A stretch of 64,000 nt of DNA, from positions 32,001 to 96,000 of the forward strand of contig CAWJRG010000001.1 in NCBI GenBank assembly GCA_963845185.1, read 5' to 3'. This document shows positions 9,261 through 20,927 of the stretch, piece after piece. Numbering within the stretch: the first letter of the stretch is position 1; the number at the start of each line of letters is the position of its first letter. The position numbers and the translations under genes are program-made. Under the pieces are notes generated by a model. It was given only the letters and a program-made list of their open reading frames with translations. It was not told where the DNA came from and ran no database searches. The DNA comes from an uncultured bacterium. GTDB taxonomy: Bacteria > Oederibacteriota > PGYV01 > CAWJRG01.

Positions 9261-10232
9261 CTATTGCGCCCACCATACATCGTTTTTATAACTGCCGTCA
9301 AATCCTGCAATCACCCACATTTTGCCATTGAATAAAGCGCTTGTATGCCAGAATCTCGGGCTGAAAGCCGCGTTTCCAGTTGCCTCTGTCCAGTTTGCCC
9401 CGTCAGTTGAATACCATATATCATTATAATATGTATTGCTGCTGTCTATTCCGCCTATTACCCAAATCGCGTTATTATATGCCACGCTTGTATGCGCATG
9501 CCTCGGGCTGAAAGCCGCGTTTCCAGTTGCCTCTGTCCAGTTTTGCCCATCAGTTGAATGCCAAACATCATTTAACATTCCGTTGCTGCCGTTGCCTGCA
9601 ATTACCCATATTGCGTTGTTATATATAACGCTTGAATGGCTGTCCCTCGGGCTGAATGCCGCGTTTGTCGTTGCCTCTATCCAATCTATGCCGTCAATAG
9701 AATGCCAAACGTCATTTAACTCTCCGTTACTGCCGTTACCTGCAATTACCCACATCATATTATTATAAACCACGCTGCTGTGCCCGCCTCTTCCGCTGAA
9801 TCCGGCAGTACCTGTTGCCTGCGTCCATATTATCCCGTCGCTTGTATTCCACGCATCGTTGAAATAAATGCTGCTGTCCATATTAATACCGGCAATTACC
9901 CACATTGTGTTATTATATACCACGCTCGAATGGCTGTCCCTTGGGCTGAATTCCGCGTTTCCCGTTGCCTCTGCCCAGTCTATACCGTTGGATGAATACC
10001 ATGCGTCATTAAAATAATTACCGTTATTGACGCCTGCTATTACCCAAATGGAATTATTATATACAACGCTTGCATGGACATACCTCGCGCCGAAAGCAGC
10101 GTTTCCCGTTGCCTCTGTCCATTTGGGGCCAGTAACAATGCCGGGTGACGGCGAAACAGAATTGTTTTTCTTCTTCGAGCAGGCAAAAAATACTAAAACA
10201 AAAACACTCAAAAGGATTATTGCTTTTTTCAT
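9261..10232 (-). CDS. Kelch-like beta-propeller lipoprotein
   Basis: Lipobox-like FFAC; six ~49-aa repeats of WTEATGNAAFSPRxxHxSVVYNNxxWVIAG. Confidence 0.8.
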   Translation of the reverse strand: MKKAIILLSVFVLVFFACSKKKNNSVSPSPGIVTGPKWTEATGNAAFGARYVHASVVYNNSIWVIAGVNNGNYFNDAWYSSNGIDWAEATGNAEFSPRDSHSSVVYNNTMWVIAGINMDSSIYFNDAWNTSDGIIWTQATGTAGFSGRGGHSSVVYNNMMWVIAGNGSNGELNDVWHSIDGIDWIEATTNAAFSPRDSHSSVIYNNAIWVIAGNGSNGMLNDVWHSTDGQNWTEATGNAAFSPRHAHTSVAYNNAIWVIGGIDSSNTYYNDIWYSTDGANWTEATGNAAFSPRFWHTSALFNGKMWVIAGFDGSYKNDVWWAQ

Positions 10233-10273
10233 TTATTGTCACTCCCTGTATTTCGTTTAAATATCCCGGTTAC

Positions 10274-13200
10274 TTACGGCACAGGAGTCTTTACCAATTT
10301 AGGCGTCCAGGTAAATGCCGCTGTATTTCCGCTCGGGTATATATTTACCGCGTCGCCCGGATATATGTCAAAATTCGTCCCGCCCCATGCGCTCATGCTC
10401 GGCCTGTAACCGTAAACTATAAAAGCCTGGTATATAGGATCCCACTTCAAAACCATGTCTATCTTGGTATTTGTTCCTGCTCCTGTTCCTCCTTCTATAT
10501 CAGCAACAATATCCGAGGCTTTTTTGTAAATACTGGTATATGGCAGGCTTCTTTTATTCGAATTTGGCAACGTACTATTGTAACTGAATATCAGGCCTAT
10601 GCTGTTATCCGTGCCTGCAGCTATCCAGTCAAAAGCTGATATGGCATACATATATATTGCGTTGGATGATGAAGTTCCCGCGTCAACAGCCCAGTTGGTA
10701 CCTATCCATTTTCCGAAACCCGCGCTGTATCCGTAAGAGATTGAAGCCTGGTAATGAGGATCCCATAAATGAAATTGGTTTATTTTGGTTGATGTTGTAA
10801 GGTTGCCTTCTATTTCCGTGACAAAATCAGAGGCATGTGTGTATTTGCTTTGGTAAGGAATTGCAAGCCTGTATATATTTGTTTTCCCGCTATTATAATT
10901 AAAATACATTATCACCTTTGACCCCATGGTCGATGGGGTTCCCTCGCTTGTACCGTTTACGCCTGTTACGAGATAAAAAGTATACTGGCTTCCGGACGTG
11001 TCGGTATATGTATACGATGACGATACTCCCGGTGTTGGCAACACGGTCGCTGTCACCTGCCACCCTGCCGGGAACGGGTTGAATTTACCGTAAGCGCCGG
11101 TTGCTACATAAATATTGAAGTAATCCGTCATTGCCGTGTTTCCCCACTGTAAAGTCGTGCTCGCGCCGTTTTGCGTGACCGACAACCCGTTGGGCGGCAT
11201 TGGCGTGCCAAGCGGAGTATTTGTAAATGTCGGAGTCACGGTCTGCGTGTTTGTGAGAGTCCATGTCGGCGTTGCCGTGGATGTGGACGTTATCGTAACA
11301 GTAGGTGTCCATGTGGACGTCGATGTAAATGTCGGCGTCGGTGCTATTACATTTACATTTGGGCTTTGCATTATGGGATATGGCGTGCCACCAAGCGGCG
11401 CAGATTGCACCAGGAACTGCGCTGTTCCGGTTCCCGGCTGAGAAGTCGCCCCCGGCCCTCCTCCAGACGTGTCTCCGTAAGTAATTGTTATTTTGCCCGT
11501 ATTGGCCGTAAGGCCCGCAACCCAAAGTGTTATTACCTGTCCGCTTGCCATTGTGAGTATGGAAGTTCCTCCTGTAACACTAACAGAAAAATATCCAGGA
11601 TCATTTATCGGCACTGCGCTGTATTTTGGCTGGCTCCATCCGTTTGGTATTGTCAGGCTTAACACTCCGTAAGGAGAAGACGTCCATGTTATTGACCCAG
11701 CAGTATAAATTATTTTCATTGTATTGCCCGGTACTCCCGCCGCTACCTGTATCGGCGATATGCTTGCCGTGCCATCACCTATTATCGGTGTGTTTGTAAC
11801 TGTTATTGTCGGCGTAGGTGCTATTACATTTACCTGCGGGCTGCTGCCTATTGGCTGGATGTTTGAACCATTTATGCTTGTTGAAATAAGGAATGTCTGC
11901 AAACCTGCGTTTGAGGACGCCGTCGCGTTAGAATATGTAACAGTTATAGTGCCTGTTGTACCTGGCAAACTGGATACATCAATAAATATAGTCTGACTTA
12001 AAGCTCCCTGCCCTATAACCGCAGTTGATGATGTGCCCGAATAAGTTACGCTGAAATACCCGGGCTGGCCTGGATTTGAATCCTGTGGCTGCGTCCAGCC
12101 GGCCGGTATTGATATTTCCAGCGTGCCGAAGCCCGGCGAACCGGCCCATGTATCATTGCCTGCGTAGTACGTTATCACCATGGTATTCCCGGTGGAACCG
12201 CCTGTCACCTGTATCGGCGATATTGTGGCACTCCCTTCGCCCTGCGGCGTCGGCGTAACTGTAGGTGAATTCGTGGAAGTAGAAGTTATAGTATAAGTCG
12301 GCGTATAAGTTATTGTGGTTGTATTGGTCGGTGTCCATGTTGGCGTGCCTGTAAATGTTGCTGTATCTGTTAATGTATTTGTAGTTGTATATGTCGGTGT
12401 CCATGTCGGTGTAAAGGTTGGTGTTCCAGTGTTTGTATTGGTCGGTGTCCATGTTGGGGTATCTGTCGGCGTGCTTGTAGGTGTATATGTCGGCGTCCAT
12501 GTTGGGGTTGAGGTTGGTGTATTTGTAATTGTACTCGTAGGTGTCCATGTCGGTGTAACTGTAATAGTTGATGTCGGCGTTGCTGTCGGTGTAATTGTAT
12601 ATGTCGGTGATATTGTCGATGTTTGTGTCTGTGCCATCATATTCACCTGTGGCGAATTCCCTATAGGCACAGGATTTACACCTGTCGGGTCGCTTGATAC
12701 TGCAAATACTACCATGCCTACATCACTTGCTATACCTGCTGTCGCCCCAGGCCCTCCTCCTGACTTAGCCCCATATGTCACTGTTATTGTCCCTGGCGTC
12801 GCTCCTCCCGGAAGGTTCCTTACCTGTATATCTATATTCTGGCCGTCTGCCAATGTTTGATATAACGTCCCTCCTGATACGCTTACCGTAAAATATCCCG
12901 GGTCTGTCCCTGTAAGGCTCGGCGCGCTCCAGTCTGCTGGTATTGTTATAATCAATTCCCCGTAACCAGGCGAGCCTGACCATGTTGTCGCTCCTGCTGT
13001 GTATGTTATCACCATTGTATTTCCTGTCGAACCAGCTGTCACCTGCGTCGGCGTTATTACTGCATTTCCCTGTCCTATTGGTGTAGCTGTAACTGTTTCA
13101 GTCCATGTTGGGGTCCATGTTGGCGTCGGTGTGGATGTAGATGTCGCTGTAGCTGCTATCATATTCACCTGCGGCGAATTCGCTATAGGCACAGGATTTA

Positions 13201-16200
13201 TACCTGTCGGGTCGCTTGATACTGTAAATACTACCATGCCTACATCACTTGCTATGCCTGCTGTCGCCCCAGGCCCTCCTCCTGACTTAGCCCCATATGT
13301 CACTGTTATTGTCCCTGGCGTCGCTCCTCCCGGAAGGTTCCTTACCTTTACCACTATATTCTGGCCATTAGCCACTGTTGAATATAACGTCCCTCCTGAT
13401 ACACTTACCGTGAAATATCCCGGGTCTGTCCCTGTAAAGCTCGGCGCGCTCCAGTCTGCTGGTATTGTTATAATCAATTCCCCGTAACCAGGCGAGCCTG
13501 ACCATGTTGTCGCTCCTGCTGTGTATGTTATCACCATTGTATTCCCTGTCGAACCAGATGTCACCTGCGTAGGTGTTATTATTGCATTTCCTTCGCCAAA
13601 AGGCGTATTTGTTACTGTCGGTGTCACTGTATATGTTGGCGTCCATGTTGGTGTCGAGGTTGATGTTGGACTCCACGTAGGTGTATCTGTAGGAGTATTT
13701 GTTGGTGTCCATGTCGGTGTGAATGTCGACGAAATTGTACCTGTCTGTGTATCTGTCGGCGTATTTGTTGGCGTCGTTGTTGGGCTGTCTGTTGGTGTAC
13801 TTGTTGGTGTACTTGTCGGCGTATCTGTCGGTGTACCTGTCGGTGTACCTGTCGGCGTCCATGTCGGTGTCCATGTCGGCGATTCTGTTGGTGTACCTGT
13901 TGGAGAATCCGTTGATGTATCTGTCGGTGTATTTGTTGGTGTCCATGTCGGTGTATTTGTTGGTGTCCATGTCGGTGTATTTGTAGCCGTTGTTGTCGGT
14001 GTCCATGTTGGTGTCGAGGTTGGAGTATTAGTTGGTGTCCATGTAGGCGTATATGTAGCCGTTGTTGTTGGGGTCCACGTCAGTGTCCATGTCGGTGTTA
14101 TCGTCGAAGTCTGTGTCTGTGCCATCATATTCACCTGTGGCGAATTCCCTATTGGCACAGGATTTACACCTGTCGGGTCGCTTGATACTGCAAATACTAC
14201 CATGCCTACATCACTTGCTATGCCTGCTGTCGCCCCAGGCCCTCCTCCTGACTTAGCCCCATATGTCACTGTTATTGTCCCTGGCGTCGCTCCTCCCGGA
14301 AGGTTCCTTACCTGTATATCTATATTTTGGCCGTCTGCCAATGTTTGATATAACGTCCCTCCTGATATGCTTACCGTAAAATATCCAGAGTCTGTCCCTG
14401 TAAGGCTCGGCGCACTCCAGTCTGCTGGTATTGTTATAATCAATTCCCCGTAACCAGGCGAGCCTGACCATGTTGTCGCTCCTGCTGTGTATGTTATCAC
14501 CATTGTATTCCCTGTCGAACCAGCTGTCACCTGCGTCGGCGTTATTACTGCATTTCCCTGTCCTGCAGGCGTAGCTGTCGCTGTTTCAGTCCATGTCGGG
14601 GTCCATGTCGACGTCGGTGTGGATGTAGATGTCGCTGTAGCTGCTATCATATTCACCTGTGGCGAATTCGCTATAGGCACAGGATTTATACCTGTCGGGT
14701 CGCTTGATACTGTAAATACTACCATGCCTACATCACTTGCTATACCTGCTGTCGCCCCAGGCCCTCCTCCTGACTTAGCCCCATATGTCACTGTTATTGT
14801 CCCTGGCGTCGCTCCTCCCGGAAGGTTCCTTACCTTTACCACTATATTCTGGCCATTAGCCACTGTTGAATATAACGTCCCTCCTGATACGCTTACCGTA
14901 AAATATCCAGGGTCTGTCCCTGTAAGGCTCGGCGCGCTCCAGTCTGCTGGTATTGTAATAATCAATTGCCCGTAACCAGGCGAACCTGACCATGTTGTTG
15001 CTCCTGCTGTGTATGTTATCACCATTGTATTCCCTGTCGAACCAGCTGTCACCTGCGTCGGTGTTATTATTGCATTTCCTTCGCCCAAAGGCGTATTTGT
15101 TACTGTCGGTGTCACTGTATATGTCGGCGTCCACGTCGGTGTGTTTGTTGTGGTCCATGTCGGTGTACTTGTTTGTGTCCACGTCGGTGTAAATGTTGGC
15201 GAAACTGTGTCTGTTGGTGAACTCGTCGGTGTATTTGTTGGAGTGCTGGTTGGAGTTCCAGTTGGAGTATTTGTAGGCGTCCATGTTGGTGTATTTGTTG
15301 GTGTCCCAGTTGGAGTATTTGTTGGTGTATTTGTTGGTGTCCCAGTTGGAGTATTTGTAGGTGTGCTAGTTGGTGTATCTGTTGGCGTTGATGTCGGAGT
15401 ATTTGTTAGCGTATATGTCGATGTATCCGTCGGTGAAGATGTTGGCGTATTTGTAAATGTATAAGTAGGAGTATAAGTTGGCGTATTTGTTGGTGTTGAT
15501 GTAGGTGTACTCGTTGGCGAATCCGTTGGTGTTGATGTAGGTGTCCATGTTGGCGTGCTTGTTGACGAATCCGTTAGCGTAGAGGTAGGTGAATCTGTAG
15601 GTGTCCATGTAGGTGTGTCTGTTGGCGAATCCGTTGGTGTAGATGTTGGTGTATTAGTTGGTGTTCCAGTTGGTGTATCTGTTGGCGTATAGGTTGGCGT
15701 CCATGTATATGTAGGTGTATCTGTTGGGGTCGATGTAGGTGTATCTGTTGGGGTATCAGTTGGTGTATCTGTTGGGGTATTCGTAGGTGTTTCCGTTGGT
15801 GTCCATGTCGGTGTGTTTGTTGGTGTATTAGTCGGCGTATTGGTCGGTGTATCTGTCGGTGTATTCGTAGGCGTATCTGTTGGGGTATCAGTAGGAGTAT
15901 CTGTCGGGGTATTTGTCGGCGTATCCGTTGGTGTTTCTGTAGGCGTATCCGTTGATGTCGATGTTGGTGTATCCGTTGGTGTCCAGGTATATGTTGATGT
16001 ATTCGTCAGCGTATCTGTTGGGGTATTCGTAGGTGTTCCCGTTGGTGTCCATGTCGGAGTGTCCGTCGGTGTATTAGTCGGCGTATTGGTCGGTGTATCT
16101 GTTGGGGTATCAGTAGGAGTATCTGTTGGCGTATTCGTAGGCGTATCCGTTGGTGTCCAGGTATATGTTGATGTATTCGTCGGCGTATCTGTCGGTGTGT

Positions 16201-19045
16201 CAGTAGGAGTATCTGTTGGGGTATTCGTAGGTGTTTCCGTTGGTGTCCATGTCGGAGTGTCCGTCGGTGTATTAGTTGGCGTATTGGTCGGTGTATCTGT
16301 CGGTGTGTCCGTTGGTGTTTCTGTAGACGTATCCGTTGGCGTCCAAGTCGGTGTATCTGTCGGTGTTGATGTAGGAGTATCTGTCGGGGTATTCGTAGGT
16401 GTTCCCGTTGGTGTCCATGTCGGAGTGTCCGTTGGTGTATTAGTCGGCGTATTGGTCGGTGTATCTGTTGGGGTATCAGTAGGAGTATCTGTCGGGGTAT
16501 TTGTCGGCGTATCCGTTGGTGTTTCTGTAGGCGTATCCGTTGGTGTCCAGGTTGGTGTATCCGTTGGTGTCCAGGTATATGTTGATGTATTCGTCAGCGT
16601 ATCTGTTGGTGTCCATGTTGGCGTGCTAGTTGGAGTATCCATCGGGGTATTTGTTGGTGTCCATGTTGGCGTGCTAGTTGGAGTATCCGTCGGGGTATTT
16701 GTTGGTGTATCTGTCGGTGTGTCAGTAGGAGTATCTGTTGGCGTATTCGTAGGCGTATCCGTTGGTGTCCAGGTTGGTGTATCCGTTGGTGTCCAGGTAT
16801 ATGTTGATGTATTCGTCGGCGTATCTGTCGGTGTGTCAGTAGGAGTATCTGTTGGGGTATTCGTAGGTGTTTCCGTTGGTGTCCATGTCGGAGTGTCCGT
16901 CGGTGTATTAGTTGGCGTATTGGTCGGTGTATCTGTCGGTGTGTCCGTTGGTGTTTCTGTAGGCGTATCCGTTGGTGTATCCGTTGGCGTCCAAGTCGGT
17001 GTATCTGTCGGTGTTGATGTAGGAGTATCTGTCGGGGTATTCGTAGGTGTTCCCGTTGGTGTCCATGTCGGAGTGTCCGTTGGTGTATTAGTCGGCGTAT
17101 TGGTCGGTGTATCTGTTGGTGTATCAGTAGGAGTATCTGTCGGCGTATTCGTAGGCGTATCCGTTGGTGTCCAGGTTGGTGTATCCGTTGGTGTCCAGGT
17201 ATATGTTGATGTATTCGTCGGCGTATCTGTCGGTGTGTCAGTAGGAGTATCTGTTGGGGTATTCGTAGGTGTTTCCGTTGGTGTCCATGTCGGAGTGTCC
17301 GTCGGTGTATTAGTCGGTGTATTAGTCGGCGTATTGGTCGGTGTATCTGTTGGGGTATCAGTAGGAGTATCTGTCGGCGTATTCGTAGGCGTATCCGTTG
17401 GTGTCCAGGTTGGTGTATCCGTTGGTGTCCAGGTATATGTTGATGTATTCGTCGGCGTATCTGTCGGTGTGTCAGTAGGAGTATCTGTTGGGGTATTCGT
17501 AGGTGTTTCCGTTGGTGTCCATGTCGGAGTGTCCGTCGGTGTATTAGTTGGCGTATTGGTCGGTGTATCTGTCGGTGTGTCCGTTGGTGTTTCTGTAGGC
17601 GTATCCGTTGGCGTCCAAGTCGGTGTATCTGTCGGTGTTGATGTAGATGTATCTGTCGGGGTATCAGTAGGAGTATCTGTTGGCGTATTCGTAGGCGTGT
17701 CCGTTGGTGTCCAGGTATATGTTGATGTATTCGTCGGCGTATCTGTCGGTGTGTCCGTTGGTGTCCATGTTGGCGTGTCTGTCGGTGTGTCAGTCAGTGT
17801 CCCTGTCGGAGTGTCCGTCGGTGTGTCTGTAGGCGTATCCGTCGGCGTACTCGTCGGTGTGTCCGTTGGTGTCCATGTTGGCGTGTCTGTCGGTGTGTCA
17901 GTCAGTGTCCCTGTCGGAGTGTCCGTTGGTGAATCTGTCGCCGTGTCTGTTGGCGTATCCGTCGGTGTGTCAGTCGATGTCCATGTAGGTGTATTTGTCG
18001 GCGTCCAAGTCGGCGATGGCGCTATTACCGTAACCTGTGGCTGATTACTTATAGGTGCAGTAGTATCTCCTGATGTTGTGCTCTCTACTGTAAAAGTTAT
18101 TGTACCTTCACTGCTTTGCGCTTGTGCCGCCCCCGATGGTGAATCTGATTGATCCCCATAATTTACTATTATTTGCCCGGTTGCAGGAAGGGAATAAACC
18201 TGAATAATTATATCCTGTGAGCTTATATTGATACTTTTAAGAGTTCCGGAAAGTATATTAACTGTCACATATCCTGCCGCACTTGAATCACCTGCTTGTG
18301 GCGTTGTCCAGTTTGTTGGAATTGATATTTTTAAGGTTCCATATGAAGGAGAATCATCCCATGCTGTATTTCCATTAGTGTATGTTATTACCATTGTATT
18401 ATTGCTTCCGGCGATAACTACAGTCGGGCTTATTATCGCTGAGCCTGGGCCTATCAATGGTGTGTTTGTTGGTGTGAATGTTGGCGTAAAAGTCGGTGTT
18501 GGATCGTTTACACTTATGCTTGGTGGAACCAATATTGGTAATGGATTACTGCCATCAGGGGCGGTGTAAATATTGAATACAGCAGTTCCCGTACTGTTTT
18601 GAGCAGTAGCGCCCGAGCCACCTCTTGATGTATCCCCATAAGTGACAGTTATTGTATCTCCACTTGTCAAAGTACTATCATTAATACTTACAGTTATATT
18701 CTGCCCTGCTACTGCAATGCTTGGGCTTCCATGTCCACTTGTTGAAGTTACAGTAACAAAACCAGGGTCACTGTCTGCTAAACTCGGCGCACTCCAACCC
18801 CCAGATGGTACTGCTATTTCCAAAATGCCGCCACTTACCCAACTATTTGAAACTACATTATATGTAATTGTTACTGTATTTCCTATGCTTGAAGTTAAAA
18901 TATTGGTTGGAGAAATTGAGGCATTACCTTCGCCTGAGGCGGCAATAATAAATATGGCTGCTACTAAAATTGCAACCGCTAAGAATAATATTATCTTCCA
19001 ATCAGCTCTTAATCTTTTTTTTACAAAAAGATTTTTAGCTATCAT
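10274..19045 (-). CDS. Giant secreted Thr/Pro-rich protein (2923 aa) with eight ~140-aa beta-sandwich-like modules
   Basis: N-terminal hydrophobic segment; ~1000-aa [12 protein letters not shown] stalk; repeated G[E/Q/D/P]Gx(A)xIxP...ITY...IPxxWSxP...PGYFxVxV modules; FN3-like segment and a twin repeat at the C-terminus. Confidence 0.9.
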   Translation of the reverse strand: MIAKNLFVKKRLRADWKIILFLAVAILVAAIFIIAASGEGNASISPTNILTSSIGNTVTITYNVVSNSWVSGGILEIAVPSGGWSAPSLADSDPGFVTVTSTSGHGSPSIAVAGQNITVSINDSTLTSGDTITVTYGDTSRGGSGATAQNSTGTAVFNIYTAPDGSNPLPILVPPSISVNDPTPTFTPTFTPTNTPLIGPGSAIISPTVVIAGSNNTMVITYTNGNTAWDDSPSYGTLKISIPTNWTTPQAGDSSAAGYVTVNILSGTLKSINISSQDIIIQVYSLPATGQIIVNYGDQSDSPSGAAQAQSSEGTITFTVESTTSGDTTAPISNQPQVTVIAPSPTWTPTNTPTWTSTDTPTDTPTDTATDSPTDTPTGTLTDTPTDTPTWTPTDTPTSTPTDTPTDTPTDTPTGTLTDTPTDTPTWTPTDTPTDTPTNTSTYTWTPTDTPTNTPTDTPTDTPTDTSTSTPTDTPTWTPTDTPTETPTDTPTDTPTNTPTNTPTDTPTWTPTETPTNTPTDTPTDTPTDTPTNTSTYTWTPTDTPTWTPTDTPTNTPTDTPTDTPTDTPTNTPTNTPTNTPTDTPTWTPTETPTNTPTDTPTDTPTDTPTNTSTYTWTPTDTPTWTPTDTPTNTPTDTPTDTPTDTPTNTPTNTPTDTPTWTPTGTPTNTPTDTPTSTPTDTPTWTPTDTPTDTPTETPTDTPTDTPTNTPTNTPTDTPTWTPTETPTNTPTDTPTDTPTDTPTNTSTYTWTPTDTPTWTPTDTPTNTPTDTPTDTPTDTPTNTPTDTPTSTPTWTPTNTPMDTPTSTPTWTPTDTLTNTSTYTWTPTDTPTWTPTDTPTETPTDTPTNTPTDTPTDTPTDTPTNTPTNTPTDTPTWTPTGTPTNTPTDTPTSTPTDTPTWTPTDTSTETPTDTPTDTPTNTPTNTPTDTPTWTPTETPTNTPTDTPTDTPTDTPTNTSTYTWTPTDTPTNTPTDTPTDTPTDTPTNTPTNTPTDTPTWTPTGTPTNTPTDTLTNTSTYTWTPTDTPTSTSTDTPTETPTDTPTNTPTDTPTDTPTDTPTNTPTDTPTNTPTNTPTNTPTWTPTETPTNTPTDTPTDTPTDTPTSTPTDTPTYTWTPTYTPTDTPTGTPTNTPTSTPTDSPTDTPTWTPTDSPTSTLTDSSTSTPTWTPTSTPTDSPTSTPTSTPTNTPTYTPTYTFTNTPTSSPTDTSTYTLTNTPTSTPTDTPTSTPTNTPTGTPTNTPTNTPTGTPTNTPTWTPTNTPTGTPTSTPTNTPTSSPTDTVSPTFTPTWTQTSTPTWTTTNTPTWTPTYTVTPTVTNTPLGEGNAIITPTQVTAGSTGNTMVITYTAGATTWSGSPGYGQLIITIPADWSAPSLTGTDPGYFTVSVSGGTLYSTVANGQNIVVKVRNLPGGATPGTITVTYGAKSGGGPGATAGIASDVGMVVFTVSSDPTGINPVPIANSPQVNMIAATATSTSTPTSTWTPTWTETATATPAGQGNAVITPTQVTAGSTGNTMVITYTAGATTWSGSPGYGELIITIPADWSAPSLTGTDSGYFTVSISGGTLYQTLADGQNIDIQVRNLPGGATPGTITVTYGAKSGGGPGATAGIASDVGMVVFAVSSDPTGVNPVPIGNSPQVNMMAQTQTSTITPTWTLTWTPTTTATYTPTWTPTNTPTSTPTWTPTTTATNTPTWTPTNTPTWTPTNTPTDTSTDSPTGTPTESPTWTPTWTPTGTPTGTPTDTPTSTPTSTPTDSPTTTPTNTPTDTQTGTISSTFTPTWTPTNTPTDTPTWSPTSTSTPTWTPTYTVTPTVTNTPFGEGNAIITPTQVTSGSTGNTMVITYTAGATTWSGSPGYGELIITIPADWSAPSFTGTDPGYFTVSVSGGTLYSTVANGQNIVVKVRNLPGGATPGTITVTYGAKSGGGPGATAGIASDVGMVVFTVSSDPTGINPVPIANSPQVNMIAATATSTSTPTPTWTPTWTETVTATPIGQGNAVITPTQVTAGSTGNTMVITYTAGATTWSGSPGYGELIITIPADWSAPSLTGTDPGYFTVSVSGGTLYQTLADGQNIDIQVRNLPGGATPGTITVTYGAKSGGGPGATAGIASDVGMVVFAVSSDPTGVNPVPIGNSPQVNMMAQTQTSTISPTYTITPTATPTSTITVTPTWTPTSTITNTPTSTPTWTPTYTPTSTPTDTPTWTPTNTNTGTPTFTPTWTPTYTTTNTLTDTATFTGTPTWTPTNTTTITYTPTYTITSTSTNSPTVTPTPQGEGSATISPIQVTGGSTGNTMVITYYAGNDTWAGSPGFGTLEISIPAGWTQPQDSNPGQPGYFSVTYSGTSSTAVIGQGALSQTIFIDVSSLPGTTGTITVTYSNATASSNAGLQTFLISTSINGSNIQPIGSSPQVNVIAPTPTITVTNTPIIGDGTASISPIQVAAGVPGNTMKIIYTAGSITWTSSPYGVLSLTIPNGWSQPKYSAVPINDPGYFSVSVTGGTSILTMASGQVITLWVAGLTANTGKITITYGDTSGGGPGATSQPGTGTAQFLVQSAPLGGTPYPIMQSPNVNVIAPTPTFTSTSTWTPTVTITSTSTATPTWTLTNTQTVTPTFTNTPLGTPMPPNGLSVTQNGASTTLQWGNTAMTDYFNIYVATGAYGKFNPFPAGWQVTATVLPTPGVSSSYTYTDTSGSQYTFYLVTGVNGTSEGTPSTMGSKVIMYFNYNSGKTNIYRLAIPYQSKYTHASDFVTEIEGNLTTSTKINQFHLWDPHYQASISYGYSAGFGKWIGTNWAVDAGTSSSNAIYMYAISAFDWIAAGTDNSIGLIFSYNSTLPNSNKRSLPYTSIYKKASDIVADIEGGTGAGTNTKIDMVLKWDPIYQAFIVYGYRPSMSAWGGTNFDIYPGDAVNIYPSGNTAAFTWTPKLVKTPVP
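12640..15110. repeat. Near-identical tandem duplication of a module pair (1488-bp period)
   Basis: Matching text recurs at 12999/14487 and at 13521/15009. Confidence 0.9.
15130..18020. repeat. 12-bp-period coding minisatellite (TPTx) with higher-order blocks
   Basis: Recurrent gtatctgtcggt/gtatccgttggt units. Confidence 0.9.
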
Positions 19046-19431
19046 TTTATTTCCTTCTTCATCCTATTAAGCTCTTTTGCAGCTCTTTTGTAGCTTTTTT
19101 TGTAAATTTTATATTTAAAAATAAAATACTAACTCTTATTTAAAAGACCAAATTCAATCTTGCTTCATATATACAATTCTTTCTTTGTCTCTTATAATCT
19201 ATTCTAATTAAATATAGTCCTGTTGTTTTAATTATACTCAAATAAAGCTATTTTGTCAAATATTAAAAATTATATGCCTTATTTAATGCATTAATTGCAA
19301 CATCAATATTAATACAATAAAATAAGCTTGTTTTTTCCCTATTATTTATATATAATTCATATCAAATGGCGCAACTACATGGCGCCATAAGTCAACATAA
19401 TATTGCATGTAAAATCAAAGGAGATTGATAT

Positions 19432-20088
19432 ATGAAACCAAAATTAACTCAGCGTATTAGTGCCGGTATTCGAGCACAGTTCTTTGCCGGTCTGCTGGTA
19501 CTCTTACCTTTAACCATGACCGCAATTATTATTATTTTTCTTTTCGAAAAGCTTGATTCGATTCTGGGGACTTACCTGCACACATACCTCGGTAAACATT
19601 ATGTGCACGGCCTGGGTTTGGTAATACTTGTCTTATTAATATGGCTCGTGGGCGTATTGACGACCAATTATTTTGGCAGCAGGATTGTCAGGGCTTATGA
19701 ATTTGTCATCCGAAAAACTCCGATTCTAAGCAATATTTTTACCGGTCTGAAGCAGATAAGCGACAGCCTTTTTTCTACAGGCAACACTTCATTCAAGCAG
19801 GTTGTGCTTGTCCATTCACCGCTTTATAATGTTTACTCCATTGGTTTTCTTACCTCCGCTGAATTAAGCAAATTAAAAATGAAAAAAAGGTCTTTTGACA
19901 TGCTTAATGTTTTCATCCCCTTTTCCCCTCCTACTTCCGGTTTTATGACGCTTTCTCATGTTAAAGACATCATCCCGCTTACTATGAGCGTGGAAGACGG
20001 CTTAAAATTAATAGTCTCAATAGGCGTAATACATCCAAAAGAATACGTGATGAAAAACCTTTTAGCACCCGGAAAAAAAAGGAAATAA
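19432..20088 (+). CDS. DUF502 family membrane protein
   Basis: FFAGLLVLLPL, GLGL, RKTPILSNIF, FKQVVLV, VFIP..PPTSGF and MSVEDGLKLIVSIG. Confidence 0.85.
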   Translation: MKPKLTQRISAGIRAQFFAGLLVLLPLTMTAIIIIFLFEKLDSILGTYLHTYLGKHYVHGLGLVILVLLIWLVGVLTTNYFGSRIVRAYEFVIRKTPILSNIFTGLKQISDSLFSTGNTSFKQVVLVHSPLYNVYSIGFLTSAELSKLKMKKRSFDMLNVFIPFSPPTSGFMTLSHVKDIIPLTMSVEDGLKLIVSIGVIHPKEYVMKNLLAPGKKRK

Positions 20089-20091
20089 TTT

Positions 20092-20529
20092 ATGGAAACG
20101 CAGAAAGGCTGGCTCGAACGCAGGCAGTTCGAAAGGGTCCGCGATGTTCTGAAGGTTTTTCTTTATCCCATCAAGCAAACGGCAGCAGAGGTCCTCAATT
20201 CCGACGATTATAAAGATACAACTCCGGAAAAACTCCTCAAGGATAAGTCGAAAAACCCTTATATACAGTCAATGACCGAGGATGTGAGCCAGGGCGGTAT
20301 GTCGATATTGACCGAAATACAGTTAAATGCCGGACAGCTGGTCATAATAGACCTGTATTTACCCAAGATATTGAAACCAATAAAACTGCTTGCCGAAGTC
20401 AGGCACGTGGAAAACATAAAGGGGTCGACATCAAACCGGGCAGGTGTGAAAATACTTTCCGTAAATAAAACCGACTTAAAAAGAATTGAAAATTATATTT
20501 TTATGTTAAAAATGCAAAAAGGAGGATGA
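20092..20529 (+). CDS. PilZ-domain protein (c-di-GMP receptor)
   Basis: RRQFER (RxxxR) and DVSQGG (DxSxxG) motifs. Confidence 0.85.
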   Translation: METQKGWLERRQFERVRDVLKVFLYPIKQTAAEVLNSDDYKDTTPEKLLKDKSKNPYIQSMTEDVSQGGMSILTEIQLNAGQLVIIDLYLPKILKPIKLLAEVRHVENIKGSTSNRAGVKILSVNKTDLKRIENYIFMLKMQKGG

Positions 20530-20843
20530 ATTTTATGAACCGCTACAAACCATTATCCGGCAACCTTTATTTCGACACTGTTGAACGGGTTATTGTAAAA
20601 AATCTGGGGAACCGTTTTGTCTTTATCAGGCATGACAGAAGGTCCGGCAAACCCGGTGCAAACGAACAGCGCAGGCTGGAGGACGTAGATTTAAAGACCT
20701 GCATTTACCTCGGGAATAATTTGTATTTTGACAAAAAAGAAAAAGCGCTTTATAAAAAAATGTCTTCGGGTTTTGTTTTATACTCTTCCGACCGCAGAAA
20801 GCAAAGGAAACCAGTGCCGCACGAAAGAAGAAAAACCAGCTAA
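20526..20843 (+). CDS. Small hypothetical protein with two internal repeats ending in DRR
   Basis: AGGAGG RBS; overlaps the PilZ stop; internal duplication. Confidence 0.75.
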   Translation: MNFMNRYKPLSGNLYFDTVERVIVKNLGNRFVFIRHDRRSGKPGANEQRRLEDVDLKTCIYLGNNLYFDKKEKALYKKMSSGFVLYSSDRRKQRKPVPHERRKTS

Positions 20844-20927
20844 TTTATATATAACTTTCTTTGTATTGCCGCGTTTTATGTTATTGTTTTTTAGCATTAA
20901 TAAATTTTTGTTTCCCATAAGTGCTGT

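Noticed and set aside
15130..18020. Possible CRISPR array
   Set aside because: The repeats are in-frame coding units with no unique spacers, and there are no cas genes.
15813..18044. Long plus-strand Val/Gly-rich ORFs (also 27728-29164, 32426-34537 and 41420-42151)
   Set aside because: Antisense shadows of Thr/Pro codons, which lack stops on the opposite strand; no RBS or domain features.
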